DNA of 64,000 bases, taken from assembly GCA_030653175.1 (NCBI GenBank), contig JAURZV010000047.1, positions 8,819 to 72,818 of the forward strand. The letters run 5' to 3'. The first letter of the stretch is position 1, and each line of letters opens with the position of its first letter. The stretch comes from Methylobacter sp. GTDB taxonomy: Bacteria > Pseudomonadota > Gammaproteobacteria > Methylococcales > Methylomonadaceae. The notes under the pieces are model-generated. The model saw only the letters and a program-made list of their open reading frames with translations. It searched no databases and was not told where the DNA came from. Positions 29,760 through 38,228 of the stretch are shown here, piece after piece. Both the position numbers and the translations under genes were made by a program.

Positions 29760-30800
29760 ATGCCGATTATATTAAAAGAACTTGCCGATTTTTGCGGTGC
29801 TCGGATTGAAGGTGGTGATCTATCAGCAACCATCCATTCAGCGGCAGAGATTACATCTGCACACCAGGGCCAAGTCACGCAGTTGACTAACAGTCGCTAT
29901 ACTCGGCACATTAAGGATTCAACGGCTTCGGCCTGCTTTATTGCGGAAGGTTTCGGTGTTGAGAATGTACCTGAAAACATGGCGCTGTTGATATGTGCCG
30001 ACCCTGAGCTCAGTTTTATTAAAGCAGTCGAATTATTGCATCCTGCCAGGACTTATACGCGGCAAATTGCGCCGCAGGCAGTGCTTGAAGCTAATGTGGC
30101 GCTAGGCAATGAACTGTATATCGGACCTTACGCCGTCATTGGCGAAAACTCAAGCATAGGCGATGGCAGCGAAATACATGCAGGCGTTTATCTTGGTAAA
30201 AATATCAAAGTAGGCAAAAACTGTCGCATTTATCCTTATGCTGTTATTTATGATGATGTCGTCATAGGGAATAATGTGATTATTCATTCAGGGGCCATCA
30301 TTGGCGCCGATGGCTTTGGTTATAAATTCAGGAATAATGAGCATGTCAAAGTTCCTCAGGTCGGCAATGTGGTTATTGAAGACAATGTCGAGATTGGCGC
30401 TAATACCTGCATAGACAGGGGCGCATTGGGAAGCACCTCAATAGGAGCAGGCAGTAAAATCGATAATCTGGTGCAGATCGGACACAATAATAAGGTCGGA
30501 AAAAATGTAATCATGTGCGGTTTAACGGGCGTGTCCGGTTCCTGCAATATTGAAGATTATGCGATTCTGGCCGGAAGCACGGGTATAGCCGATCATGTTA
30601 CGATTGGTCGCGGCGCTGTAGTTATGGCGCGCTCCGGTGTGGCCGGCGATGTCAAGGCGGGCACACAGGTTTTCGGTAGTCCGGCAAAAGATAAGAAGAC
30701 CGCTTATAAAGAACAGATAGCAATCAGCAAACTGCCTGAGCTATTGAAAAGAGTAAAAATGTTGGAAGAAAAAATCCAGATGCTGGAAAAAGATATATAG
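29760..30800 (+). CDS. lpxD: UDP-3-O-acylglucosamine N-acyltransferase LpxD (orphan copy)
   Basis: About 346 aa with an N-terminal LpxD domain ([15 protein letters not shown]), a long left-handed beta-helix of hexapeptide repeats and a C-terminal helix. It is not next to bamA/skp/fabZ/lpxA. Confidence 0.8.
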   Translation: MPIILKELADFCGARIEGGDLSATIHSAAEITSAHQGQVTQLTNSRYTRHIKDSTASACFIAEGFGVENVPENMALLICADPELSFIKAVELLHPARTYTRQIAPQAVLEANVALGNELYIGPYAVIGENSSIGDGSEIHAGVYLGKNIKVGKNCRIYPYAVIYDDVVIGNNVIIHSGAIIGADGFGYKFRNNEHVKVPQVGNVVIEDNVEIGANTCIDRGALGSTSIGAGSKIDNLVQIGHNNKVGKNVIMCGLTGVSGSCNIEDYAILAGSTGIADHVTIGRGAVVMARSGVAGDVKAGTQVFGSPAKDKKTAYKEQIAISKLPELLKRVKMLEEKIQMLEKDI

Positions 30801-30992
30801 CCAATGCTTCAAAACTTCCGTAGATTTTACGGTAATCGAACATTATAAGTCTCAATTCATGCGCGCATTGAAAGATTAGGGATGTTTTTGGAGGGATTAC
30901 TGTATCGATATAGGCTCGACACTTTATGTTGCTGGTGTAAGAGGGGCTTGTAGTTGTAGATTCAGGATATAAAGGTGCTGAGAGCAATAACA

Positions 30993-31020
30993 CCCCCCCG
31001 TTATTTTCATAACGGGGGGG
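30993..31020. terminator. Bidirectional terminator hairpin between lpxD and the small membrane-protein gene
   Basis: CCCCCCCGTTA-TTTTCA-TAACGGGGGGG is followed on the + strand by ATTATTTTAATT, and lies 7 nt from the stop of the minus-strand 66-aa ORF. Confidence 0.65.
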
Positions 31021-31026
31021 ATTATT

Positions 31027-31227
31027 TTAATTACCTACGGTACCAGTGACGTTGCTGGTTTTTCTTTTCTCGATATTCGAGAAAGTTTCAGCTTGAAGTT
31101 GCTCTACCGCACCACTTTTCAAATGCTTAGTTTCGTCCTGTTTCAACATCACAACCAAAACAATAACAGCAGCAATAGCAACACCAGCAATCAACCATGT
31201 GTTATCTTTTTCTTTTTCTTCAGCCAT
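31027..31227 (-). CDS. Small single-pass membrane protein, unknown function
   Basis: 66 aa with one hydrophobic helix (WLIAGVAIAAVIVLVVML). A GAGGA Shine-Dalgarno sequence lies about 9 nt upstream and a strong hairpin follows directly downstream. Confidence 0.6.
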   Translation of the reverse strand: MAEEKEKDNTWLIAGVAIAAVIVLVVMLKQDETKHLKSGAVEQLQAETFSNIEKRKTSNVTGTVGN

Positions 31228-31383
31228 TTTAAAATCCTCGAATAGTTTATATTATATTATTTTATTCCCTTTCCTCAAAGGGAGCCTCTCAACGAATTGC
31301 TTTATTGAGTTGCTTGTCGAATTAAGTAATAAACGACAGGGTACTTTTTATCATGAGATACGGCATTGTGTCAAAACTATAAA

Positions 31384-31420
31384 TAAAAAAACACCAGTCG
31401 CATCAGGATTAATGATGCGA
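31384..31420 (-). terminator. Terminator-like hairpin with a U tract on the minus strand (orphan)
   Basis: Stem TCGCATCA/TGATGCGA (31398-31405/31413-31420). On the minus strand it is followed by CUGGUG then U7; the 6-nt spacer weakens the call. Confidence 0.35.
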
Positions 31421-31860
31421 TGAGAATTGCAGGCAATTGCAAAACAGCAAGATGCTATGCAGTAACCAAGTGAAAGTTAATGTAAATATTTTTATATGTC
31501 TAATGAGGCGCAGGCCGAGCAAAGGATATTGCTACTTATGAGGTGAATTGAAATCAAGTTGCCGAAATTAGAGGGAATTGCGCTTAAAATTGCCGAGCCG
31601 GGATATGACTGAATACGATTCGTGAAGCCTGAATCGAGAACACAATTACTGCTGTTTCAGCAAAAAACTTGGGACTGTGTTCTTCTTATAGCCGGTGTGA
31701 ATGGCGACAGTAAAGGTGGTGTTATCAATCTGCCAAATAGATGTAAGCATAGCGTTTTGGAGTCGGTTTTAACTAAACAGGCATGCTTTTTTAGCCTCAC
31801 ACCACCTGACAGCTCCACGTCCTCTTTATTAAGGAGAGTAAAATTTTCTTTACACCTGCT

Positions 31861-32409
31861 CTACTCTCTCACCGGTTTTTTATCCAGTTTCCTTTGCAAC
31901 GTGCGTCTGTGCATATTTAACGCCCTGGCGGCAGCCGAAATATTGCCGTCGTGCTGCATTAGAACTTTTTGCAGATGCTCCCACTCCAGACGTTTTACGG
32001 ATAAGGGATTCTCGCTAATCAAAACCGACGAGTCGCCTTCATTTTTATGCAGGGCATTTACAATTTCATCCGCATTGGCCGGCTTGGTTAAATAATGCGT
32101 GGCACCCAATTTTATTGCTTCGACCGCTGTAGCAATACTGGCAAAGCCGGTTAACATGACACAAGTGGTATTATCATCCAAAGAGATCAGCTTTTTCACC
32201 AGCTCCAGCCCTGATTCATGCCCGATACGCAAATCAATCACCGCATATTCGGGTAAATAGCGTTCGGCAAATGCTATTCCGGTTTTGACATCGTTAGCGA
32301 CCAATACCTCATAATTTCTTTTTTCTAATGCGCTCTTTAGCACCTTGCAAAAAGTCTCATCGTCATCAACCAGCAACAGCCGTGGTTTATCCATTTCCTG
32401 GGTTGTCAT
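31861..32409 (-). CDS. regA: Redox response regulator RegA/PrrA/ActR family
   Basis: A receiver domain plus the near-invariant HTH NISAAARALNMHRRTLQRKL that is diagnostic of RegA. Confidence 0.9.
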   Translation of the reverse strand: MTTQEMDKPRLLLVDDDETFCKVLKSALEKRNYEVLVANDVKTGIAFAERYLPEYAVIDLRIGHESGLELVKKLISLDDNTTCVMLTGFASIATAVEAIKLGATHYLTKPANADEIVNALHKNEGDSSVLISENPLSVKRLEWEHLQKVLMQHDGNISAAARALNMHRRTLQRKLDKKPVRE

Positions 32410-33769
32410 GATTGTTCTCTGTATTTAAAAGAGGGAGGGTGATTTCCACGCAGGCTCCGCCCGATTCGCTGTTGTAAAGATTAATTTTACCGCCCAGACG
32501 ATTAATGGTGGAATAAGCTAAGAATAAGCCCACGCCTAAGCCGCGTTTTTTGCTGATAACGGGTTGCTTACCGGCAAAATCGATTAATTCCGGCGGCAGG
32601 CCGGGGCCAAAATCCCTAATTTTAATAACGGCGTAGTCTAAATCCCATGACGCATGAAATTCGATACCTTTTTCCGGTGGAGACGCTTCAACGGCATTAT
32701 TTAAAATGTTAATAATCGAGTGAGTCAGCGTGAGTTCGGCAATGATTTTTGCCTGCATTGCGACTTCAGGATTGATAAAGAAGCATAGCTTTGCCGATGG
32801 TTTGTGAGTGCGCCATTGAGTGATTACTTCGTCAATATAATCAGTCAGCAGCATGGCACTACCGGACTCGGCACGCATTTCACCCGCAGAGGCAGACATC
32901 ACCGATAGCGCTATTTTGCACCGGTCAATCTGTTGCTGCATAATCAGCAATTTCTCATGCAGATCAGGGAAACGATGAATCGGATACTCTTGTTCAAGCT
33001 CATGAGCCACAATAGCAATGGTACCTAAGGGTGTTCCCATATCGTGAGCGGCACTGGCCGCTAAGGTACCCAATGCGACGACACGCTCATCCCTTAGCGC
33101 ATTTTCCCGCGCCTCAGCCAGATTTCGTTCCTGGGCCTTGAGTGTTTTAGCCAGTTCAACCACAAAGAATGCGACTAAGCCGGCGCTGAATACAAAACCG
33201 AACCACATGCCAAAAATATGCAGATTAAAATAATGACTGTCACTCATGGCGTGAACCTGCTGTAACAGTTCATAATTTTTTACATCGGAATACAGCATTT
33301 CCGAGCTAGGCATATGCGGTTCTATCGACGGCAGAGGAATGTTGTAGGCCATTAATGCCGTATACATCGACGTAGTTAAAATCACCATATACCAGGCATA
33401 GGATTGGTGAAGCATGATGGCTGTAATAATAAGAGGCAACAGGAATACCCAAGTAATAGGATTTGATGCACCTCCAGTTAAGTACAGCAATGCTGTAATA
33501 CTAAAAACATCAATGACTAACTGAGAAAAAATTTCCAATTCCGTAACGGGATCGTCTGTCTCTAGGCGCATTGAGGTATATACATTAACTACGCCTATAG
33601 ACATTATCACCAGCCAGAGCTGCTGCTCCGGCAGACGAATATTAAGACCGTATATGGATAAAACAATGAGTATAACCTCGCTGAGTATCATCAAGTTTCT
33701 AAGGATAAACAGCCACTTCAGGTTTTGTCGGGCAGAAAATTCTGACTTAGGCGCGGCGTATGAGAGCAT
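32387..33769 (-). CDS. regB: Sensor histidine kinase RegB/PrrB family
   Basis: 460 aa with about 6 TM helices, the H-box AASAAHDMGTPLGT and an HATPase domain (NAVEAS..DFGPG..GLGVGL). It overlaps regA by 23 nt. Confidence 0.85.
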   Translation of the reverse strand: MLSYAAPKSEFSARQNLKWLFILRNLMILSEVILIVLSIYGLNIRLPEQQLWLVIMSIGVVNVYTSMRLETDDPVTELEIFSQLVIDVFSITALLYLTGGASNPITWVFLLPLIITAIMLHQSYAWYMVILTTSMYTALMAYNIPLPSIEPHMPSSEMLYSDVKNYELLQQVHAMSDSHYFNLHIFGMWFGFVFSAGLVAFFVVELAKTLKAQERNLAEARENALRDERVVALGTLAASAAHDMGTPLGTIAIVAHELEQEYPIHRFPDLHEKLLIMQQQIDRCKIALSVMSASAGEMRAESGSAMLLTDYIDEVITQWRTHKPSAKLCFFINPEVAMQAKIIAELTLTHSIINILNNAVEASPPEKGIEFHASWDLDYAVIKIRDFGPGLPPELIDFAGKQPVISKKRGLGVGLFLAYSTINRLGGKINLYNSESGGACVEITLPLLNTENNHDNPGNG

Positions 33770-33811
33770 TTTATAAAAACAGTGTGTTGTTAGAAATATA
33801 ACCTAAATAAA

Positions 33812-33833
33812 AAATCAGGATTAAATCAGGATT
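33812..33833. promoter_or_regulatory. Perfect tandem 11-bp direct repeat AAATCAGGATT x2 upstream of regB
   Basis: Read directly at 33812-33822 and 33823-33833. It lies about 45-65 bp upstream of the regB start, and the one-helical-turn period suggests a protein-binding site. Confidence 0.3.
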
Positions 33834-34000
33834 ATTTAAGTATATTATCGGGATTTTAATTAAAAATTAAACAAGAATTAAACTGCGACAATATGTCACA
33901 TTTTGTATTGCACTATTTATTGATATTATTAACCTAACTTTTAAGGCTCTTATAGAGCACCATAGCTGAAAGTTGCGTCATATTCTTCCTAAATATTCCA

Positions 34001-34028
34001 AGGCGGTTTTTTAAACCGCCTTTTTTTT
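34001..34028. terminator. Strong hairpin plus T8; + strand oriented intrinsic terminator, also 19 nt downstream of msrA
   Basis: AGGCGGTTT-TTT-AAACCGCCT is followed by T8 on the + strand. On the minus strand (msrA direction) the trailing tract is only UUGGAAUAUUU. Confidence 0.6.
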
Positions 34029-34046
34029 GTCTTTTATAATCAAAGA

Positions 34047-34679
34047 CTAATCAAAAACCACGCCTACTCCCCCTAAGCCGCAGTAACCCATAGGATTCTT
34101 GGCCAGATATTGCTGATGAATATCCTCGGCATAATAAAATTCGTTTGCCTGCATAATCTCGGTAGTTATTTGTTTGAAACCTGCCTGGGTGAGTTGATGC
34201 TGGTAGTGTTGTTTTGATTCAAGCGCTTCATCCAACTGTTGTTGGGTATAAGTATAAATTCCGGACCTGTATTGCGTACCGATGTCATTGCCTTGTCTCA
34301 TGCCCTGCGTGGGATTATGGGATTCCCAAAAAATCTGAAGTAACTCACGGTATGAAACGATAGCCGGATCATAAATAACTTTAACAGCCTCAGTATGCCC
34401 TGTTAAACCTGTGCATAATTCTTCATAAGTCGGATTAAGCGTATAGCCGCCGGTATAACCGACTGCCGTGCTAAACACGCCCGGACATTGCCAGAATTTT
34501 CGCTCCGCCCCCCAGAAGCAGCCCATTCCGAACATGGCCTGTTCCATGGTTTCCGGAAACGGTGGAACTATCGGATTACCTGTTACAAAATGCCTGTTTG
34601 TAACAGGCATTGGCGTGTTTCTGCCCGGTAAAGCTTCTTTAGGGCCAGGTAGGGTAAGTTTTTTTGATGAAAAAATCAT
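34047..34679 (-). CDS. msrA: Peptide-methionine (S)-S-oxide reductase MsrA
   Basis: 210 aa with the catalytic motif GMGCFWGAE. Confidence 0.95.
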   Translation of the reverse strand: MIFSSKKLTLPGPKEALPGRNTPMPVTNRHFVTGNPIVPPFPETMEQAMFGMGCFWGAERKFWQCPGVFSTAVGYTGGYTLNPTYEELCTGLTGHTEAVKVIYDPAIVSYRELLQIFWESHNPTQGMRQGNDIGTQYRSGIYTYTQQQLDEALESKQHYQHQLTQAGFKQITTEIMQANEFYYAEDIHQQYLAKNPMGYCGLGGVGVVFD

Positions 34680-34766
34680 AGCCTGTGGTATTTTTATAAA
34701 GCGGTTAGATCAAGGATTATTATGATCCTGATGTCAAAAAATGCACGATTTTTTAACTGGAGAAAC

Positions 34767-35636
34767 ATGATAGAGCAAGATTTATTACGCCGTTTTTTAT
34801 TTGAAGAGCTGGGCGTTCGTGGAGAATGGGTCAAATTAACCAACAGCTGGCAAGCGGCAAAACTTCATCAGCGCGGCTCTGAAAACGTGCAACAGCAGCT
34901 GGGACAAGCGCTGGCTGCCGTAGTCATGTTGTCCGCTACCGTCAAATTTAAAGGTTCGATGATTCTTCAAGCCCAAGGCGATGGCGACATTAAAACGCTG
35001 GTTGCTCAGGCAACGGATCAGAGAAAAATACGAGGCTTGGTAAAGGGCAAGGAAAATGTAGCCGCCGCTTCATTGGAAGGCATGTTCGGCCAAGGACGAC
35101 TGGTGTTAACCATCGAAACGGAAAACGGCGCGCCTTATCAGGGTATTGTGCCGCTCCAGGGCAGTAACTTGGCCGACGCCCTGCAAACTTATTTTGAGCA
35201 ATCCGAGCAACTTAAGACCCGCTTGTGGCTATTTGCCAATGCCACCCAAGCCGTAGGATTATTATTGCAGGAGCTACCGACGCAGGAAAATTATCAGGCG
35301 GACTGGGAGCATATCGAGATACTGGCAAACACTGTGACCGAGCAGGAATTGTTTGAGCTGGATTGTGAACAGCTGTTATATCGATTGTTCAATCAGGAAA
35401 AAGTCAGACTGTTTGATGCAGAGCCGGTTGAATTTAGCTGCGCCTGTTCACGGTCAAATATCGAAAAAACATTATTCGCTATGGGGCGAACTGAACTGGA
35501 AGATATTCTAAAGGAGCAAGGCATTATTGAAGTAAGCTGCGAATTCTGTAGCGAACGATACCGCTTTGATAAAGTTGATGTGGACCACATCCTGTCTCAA
35601 AAAAGTGCCGCTAATAACTCCGAAACACGACATTGA
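34767..35636 (+). CDS. hslO: Redox-regulated chaperone Hsp33
   Basis: MIEQDLLRRFLFEELGVRGEWVKL.. with a C-terminal zinc centre CACS...CEFC. Confidence 0.92.
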   Translation: MIEQDLLRRFLFEELGVRGEWVKLTNSWQAAKLHQRGSENVQQQLGQALAAVVMLSATVKFKGSMILQAQGDGDIKTLVAQATDQRKIRGLVKGKENVAAASLEGMFGQGRLVLTIETENGAPYQGIVPLQGSNLADALQTYFEQSEQLKTRLWLFANATQAVGLLLQELPTQENYQADWEHIEILANTVTEQELFELDCEQLLYRLFNQEKVRLFDAEPVEFSCACSRSNIEKTLFAMGRTELEDILKEQGIIEVSCEFCSERYRFDKVDVDHILSQKSAANNSETRH

Positions 35637-35645
35637 AATAATCCT

Positions 35646-36431
35646 ATGAAAACCGGAATAATTAAACGCAGTCTTCGCATTGTTTTTTTGCTGGCGCTGA
35701 CCGGCTCATTATCCGGTTGCATGTACTGGGTTCGGGCTTATCAAGTTTACCTGCAAATGGATGAATTCGATCGGCACTTTGCCGTCGTGGCCAATGATGA
35801 ATTCACCCTGCGCTTTAAGGATCCCATTCTTTACAGCAATGACTTTGTTTCCTTGTCCAAGCTTTATGCCAGCCAGGATGATCCAACGACGGAAGGCAGA
35901 CGTTGGCGATACTGGTTTCGCAAGGTTGACGGCAACAATAAACTGATCAAGCCGGAAGTAAAATTTTATTCGGATTTGAATTTTAATAAAGAAAATCGCT
36001 TGATTGCCTGGTCGTTTTCTTCACTTTTCTTAGCGATTGCTCCGCCCAAGTTTTTAGAGATTTCTTTACGCTCTATAGGCGGTGCCGAAATCGATAAAGA
36101 AAAACAACAACTCAAAGCCAACTCGGCATTGCTGGAAAAAATTTCCGAGGATTTGCCCAGAAAACCGGCCGTTCTGGCGCAATTGGGCGAACCGTTTGAA
36201 ATCAAAGATGAAGCAGAACAGGAAGTGTATATTTACCGTTTCCTGCTGGAAACCCATCATATAGAAGAAGGTTATGAGGATCGCGCCTTAAACGAGGTTA
36301 AAATCACCTTTGATAAAAAGACCCAGGAGCTGGTTAGAATGGCCGGGCGTTTTGCAGGGCTTAAGGTTTCAATTAATTACCGGAAGTTTCTGGATGAACC
36401 GCAAGATGTCGCACAAAACAAACCGGAATAG
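35646..36431 (+). CDS. Hypothetical lipoprotein
   Basis: 261 aa with a signal peptide and lipobox LSGC. I recognise no family. Confidence 0.6.
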   Translation: MKTGIIKRSLRIVFLLALTGSLSGCMYWVRAYQVYLQMDEFDRHFAVVANDEFTLRFKDPILYSNDFVSLSKLYASQDDPTTEGRRWRYWFRKVDGNNKLIKPEVKFYSDLNFNKENRLIAWSFSSLFLAIAPPKFLEISLRSIGGAEIDKEKQQLKANSALLEKISEDLPRKPAVLAQLGEPFEIKDEAEQEVYIYRFLLETHHIEEGYEDRALNEVKITFDKKTQELVRMAGRFAGLKVSINYRKFLDEPQDVAQNKPE

Positions 36432-36468
36432 CAGCATTGCAACCGTATTAACCTGGGAAAAGCAGTTA

Positions 36469-36602
36469 TCCACGAAAATCAAAAGTAGGCGATACTAAAA
36501 GCACGAAAATATTCAAAGGAATACCAAGTAGCAAACCGCTACCTAATGGCTGAATGGACGAATCGTTACAGTCTATTGAGTTATTTCGTATCTTTCGTGG
36601 TC
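36469..36602. repeat. CACGAAG-family palindromic element, degenerate copy E
   Basis: The left end TCCACGAAAATCAAAAG pairs imperfectly with the right end TTTCGTATCTTTCGTGGTC. The internal AAAAGCACGAAAAT is shared with copy C. Confidence 0.55.
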
Positions 36603-36642
36603 TAAACGCCGTTTTTAGGCATGAACGTTTCCTTCACGGTAA

Positions 36643-36682
36643 CAAAAAAGGCTTAGACAATCAATGTCTAAGCCTTTGTTTA
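36643..36682. terminator. Bidirectional intrinsic terminator between convergent lipoprotein and peroxiredoxin genes
   Basis: A6-AGGCTTAGACA-ATCAA-TGTCTAAGCCT-TTGTTT, with an 11-bp perfect stem. Confidence 0.75.
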
Positions 36683-36724
36683 TGTTGCGCAGGCCGGTTG
36701 AACCGGCACCATACACGTTATGAC

Positions 36725-37330
36725 TTACAGCTTATCGGCATTTTTATCCAGATACTCCGCAACACCGGCAGGATTTGCGTTCATGCCTGAATCGCCTTTA
36801 TGCCAGCCGGCCGGACATACTTCGCCATGTTCTTCGTGGAATTGTAAGGCATCAATCATGCGCAGCAATTCATCCATGTCGCGACCTAAAGGCAGATCAT
36901 TAACAACCTGATGACGGACCTTGCCGTCGCGGTCAATCAGGAAAGTGCCGCGGTAAGCCACTGCCGGCGCATCTGCTTCAACATCATAATCTTTACAAAT
37001 AGAGTGCGATATATCCGCAGCCATTGTGTAACGAACAGGACCTATTCCGCCTTTATTGACAGGGGTATTGCGCCATGCGTTATGGGTGAAATGAGAGTCG
37101 ATAGACACGGCAATCACTTCAACATTACGGCTTTTGAATGCATCCATACGGTGATCTAAAGCGATCAACTCACTTGGACAAACAAATGTGAAATCTAACG
37201 GGTAGAAAAATACTACTGCATATTTGCCGCTAGTGGCCTCAGAAAAACTAAATGAATCAACTATTTGACCATCGCCTAGAACGGCAGGAACTGTAAAATC
37301 AGGTGCTTGTTTACCGACTAATACGCTCAT
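36725..37330 (-). CDS. Typical 2-Cys peroxiredoxin (AhpC/Prx1 family)
   Basis: 201 aa with the FFYPLDFTFVCPSE peroxidatic Cys motif and the resolving-Cys region EVCPAGW. Confidence 0.92.
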   Translation of the reverse strand: MSVLVGKQAPDFTVPAVLGDGQIVDSFSFSEATSGKYAVVFFYPLDFTFVCPSELIALDHRMDAFKSRNVEVIAVSIDSHFTHNAWRNTPVNKGGIGPVRYTMAADISHSICKDYDVEADAPAVAYRGTFLIDRDGKVRHQVVNDLPLGRDMDELLRMIDALQFHEEHGEVCPAGWHKGDSGMNANPAGVAEYLDKNADKL

Positions 37331-37458
37331 TGATTATCTCCAAATAAATAGTGAAAAAACAAAAGACTGTTAACTTTAGTGTTAGCCACTGAAGCAGTGG
37401 ATTGATGAAATTGTACACTAGATTAGTAGGGATTTGCGAAATTGTTGTTATTTTTAGC

Positions 37459-37486
37459 TTGCTTTAATTTTAATTTTATCCATAAT
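37459..37486 (+). promoter_or_regulatory. Candidate sigma70 promoter for the AP2-like gene
   Basis: TTGCTT, a 16-nt spacer, then CATAAT, about 120 nt upstream of the ATG at 37605. Confidence 0.3.
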
Positions 37487-37604
37487 TTGTCATCAATAGC
37501 TTACAATAGAGTCAGGGATTTGCTCTCTTCAGGCTTTTTTAAAGCTTGTCGCCCTAACTTGGCTGTTAAATTCATTTAGTTCATTCGTTTGATGGAATTC
37601 TATC

Positions 37605-38120
37605 ATGGCAAAAAATAAACATATTACCGAACCCGATGTGTTTGGTTTTCAGGTACGCATCGTAAGGCGCGGCAAAGAAAGCAGCCGTTATTTTTCACAT
37701 AAATTGTGGGGTAACAAAGGCAAATCCTTGAAAGCCGCAATTACCTGGCGTGACCAGATGCTGACCGTTTTAAAAGGCAGCAAGACACGATTTCTTAAGC
37801 CGCCCAAAAATAAAACCACCACCGGCGTCACCGGTGTGTCCAGAACTATCAAGTACGATCATCGTAAAGATAAAAGCTATCTTTGCTATACCGTTTTTTG
37901 GGTCAGTAATTGCAAATCCAGGAATAAAACCTTTCAGGTTGGTAATGTAGACAAAGTAACGGCAGATGATGAATTGCATGCGTTCCGTACCGCCAAGCTG
38001 TTCAGAAGTTGTTATGAATTTTCAATTGATAATGATCTTGAATTTTATGACAGCAAATTTGCCGGCTGGAAGAAAACACGCTTATATGAAGACGAGAATT
38101 TGAACGCAGTAGCGATGTAA
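37605..38120 (+). CDS. AP2-like DNA-binding protein (two AP2/integrase-type DNA-binding repeats)
   Basis: 171 aa and basic. GFQVRIVRRGKESSRYFS..KAAITWRD and GVTGVSRTIKY..YLCYTVFW..HAFRTAKLFR both fit the three-strand-plus-helix AP2 pattern by eye. The gene is AT-rich and flanked by long noncoding DNA. Confidence 0.5.
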   Translation: MAKNKHITEPDVFGFQVRIVRRGKESSRYFSHKLWGNKGKSLKAAITWRDQMLTVLKGSKTRFLKPPKNKTTTGVTGVSRTIKYDHRKDKSYLCYTVFWVSNCKSRNKTFQVGNVDKVTADDELHAFRTAKLFRSCYEFSIDNDLEFYDSKFAGWKKTRLYEDENLNAVAM

Positions 38121-38228
38121 ACGAAGATTTCGTGTTAGAGGTCTGCAACAGACTTTTGTGAAAACAAAATCCCGGACAGACCCCAATAAGCGATTGAATT
38201 AATTAATATAAAATTATCAATCATCCCG

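Noticed and set aside
31420-31473. 17-codon Cys-containing ORF MRIAGNCKTARCYAVTK, considered as a RiPP or chalkophore precursor
   Set aside because: It has no Shine-Dalgarno sequence and overlaps the hairpin. No maturation genes are nearby, and it does not resemble methanobactin-type precursors that I know.
31622-32095. 157-aa ORF on the + strand
   Set aside because: Its 3' half is antisense to the well-supported regA gene. The translation is Ser/Leu/Cys-rich and low-complexity.
37438-37513. Possible third copy of the E1/E2 AT-rich core in the prx/AP2 intergenic region
   Set aside because: The similarity is limited to short AT-rich words (TTGCTTT, ATAATTT, TCAATAG). It is flanked by direct rather than inverted repeats and has no TA-flanked TIRs. 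It is treated instead as the promoter region of the AP2-like gene.
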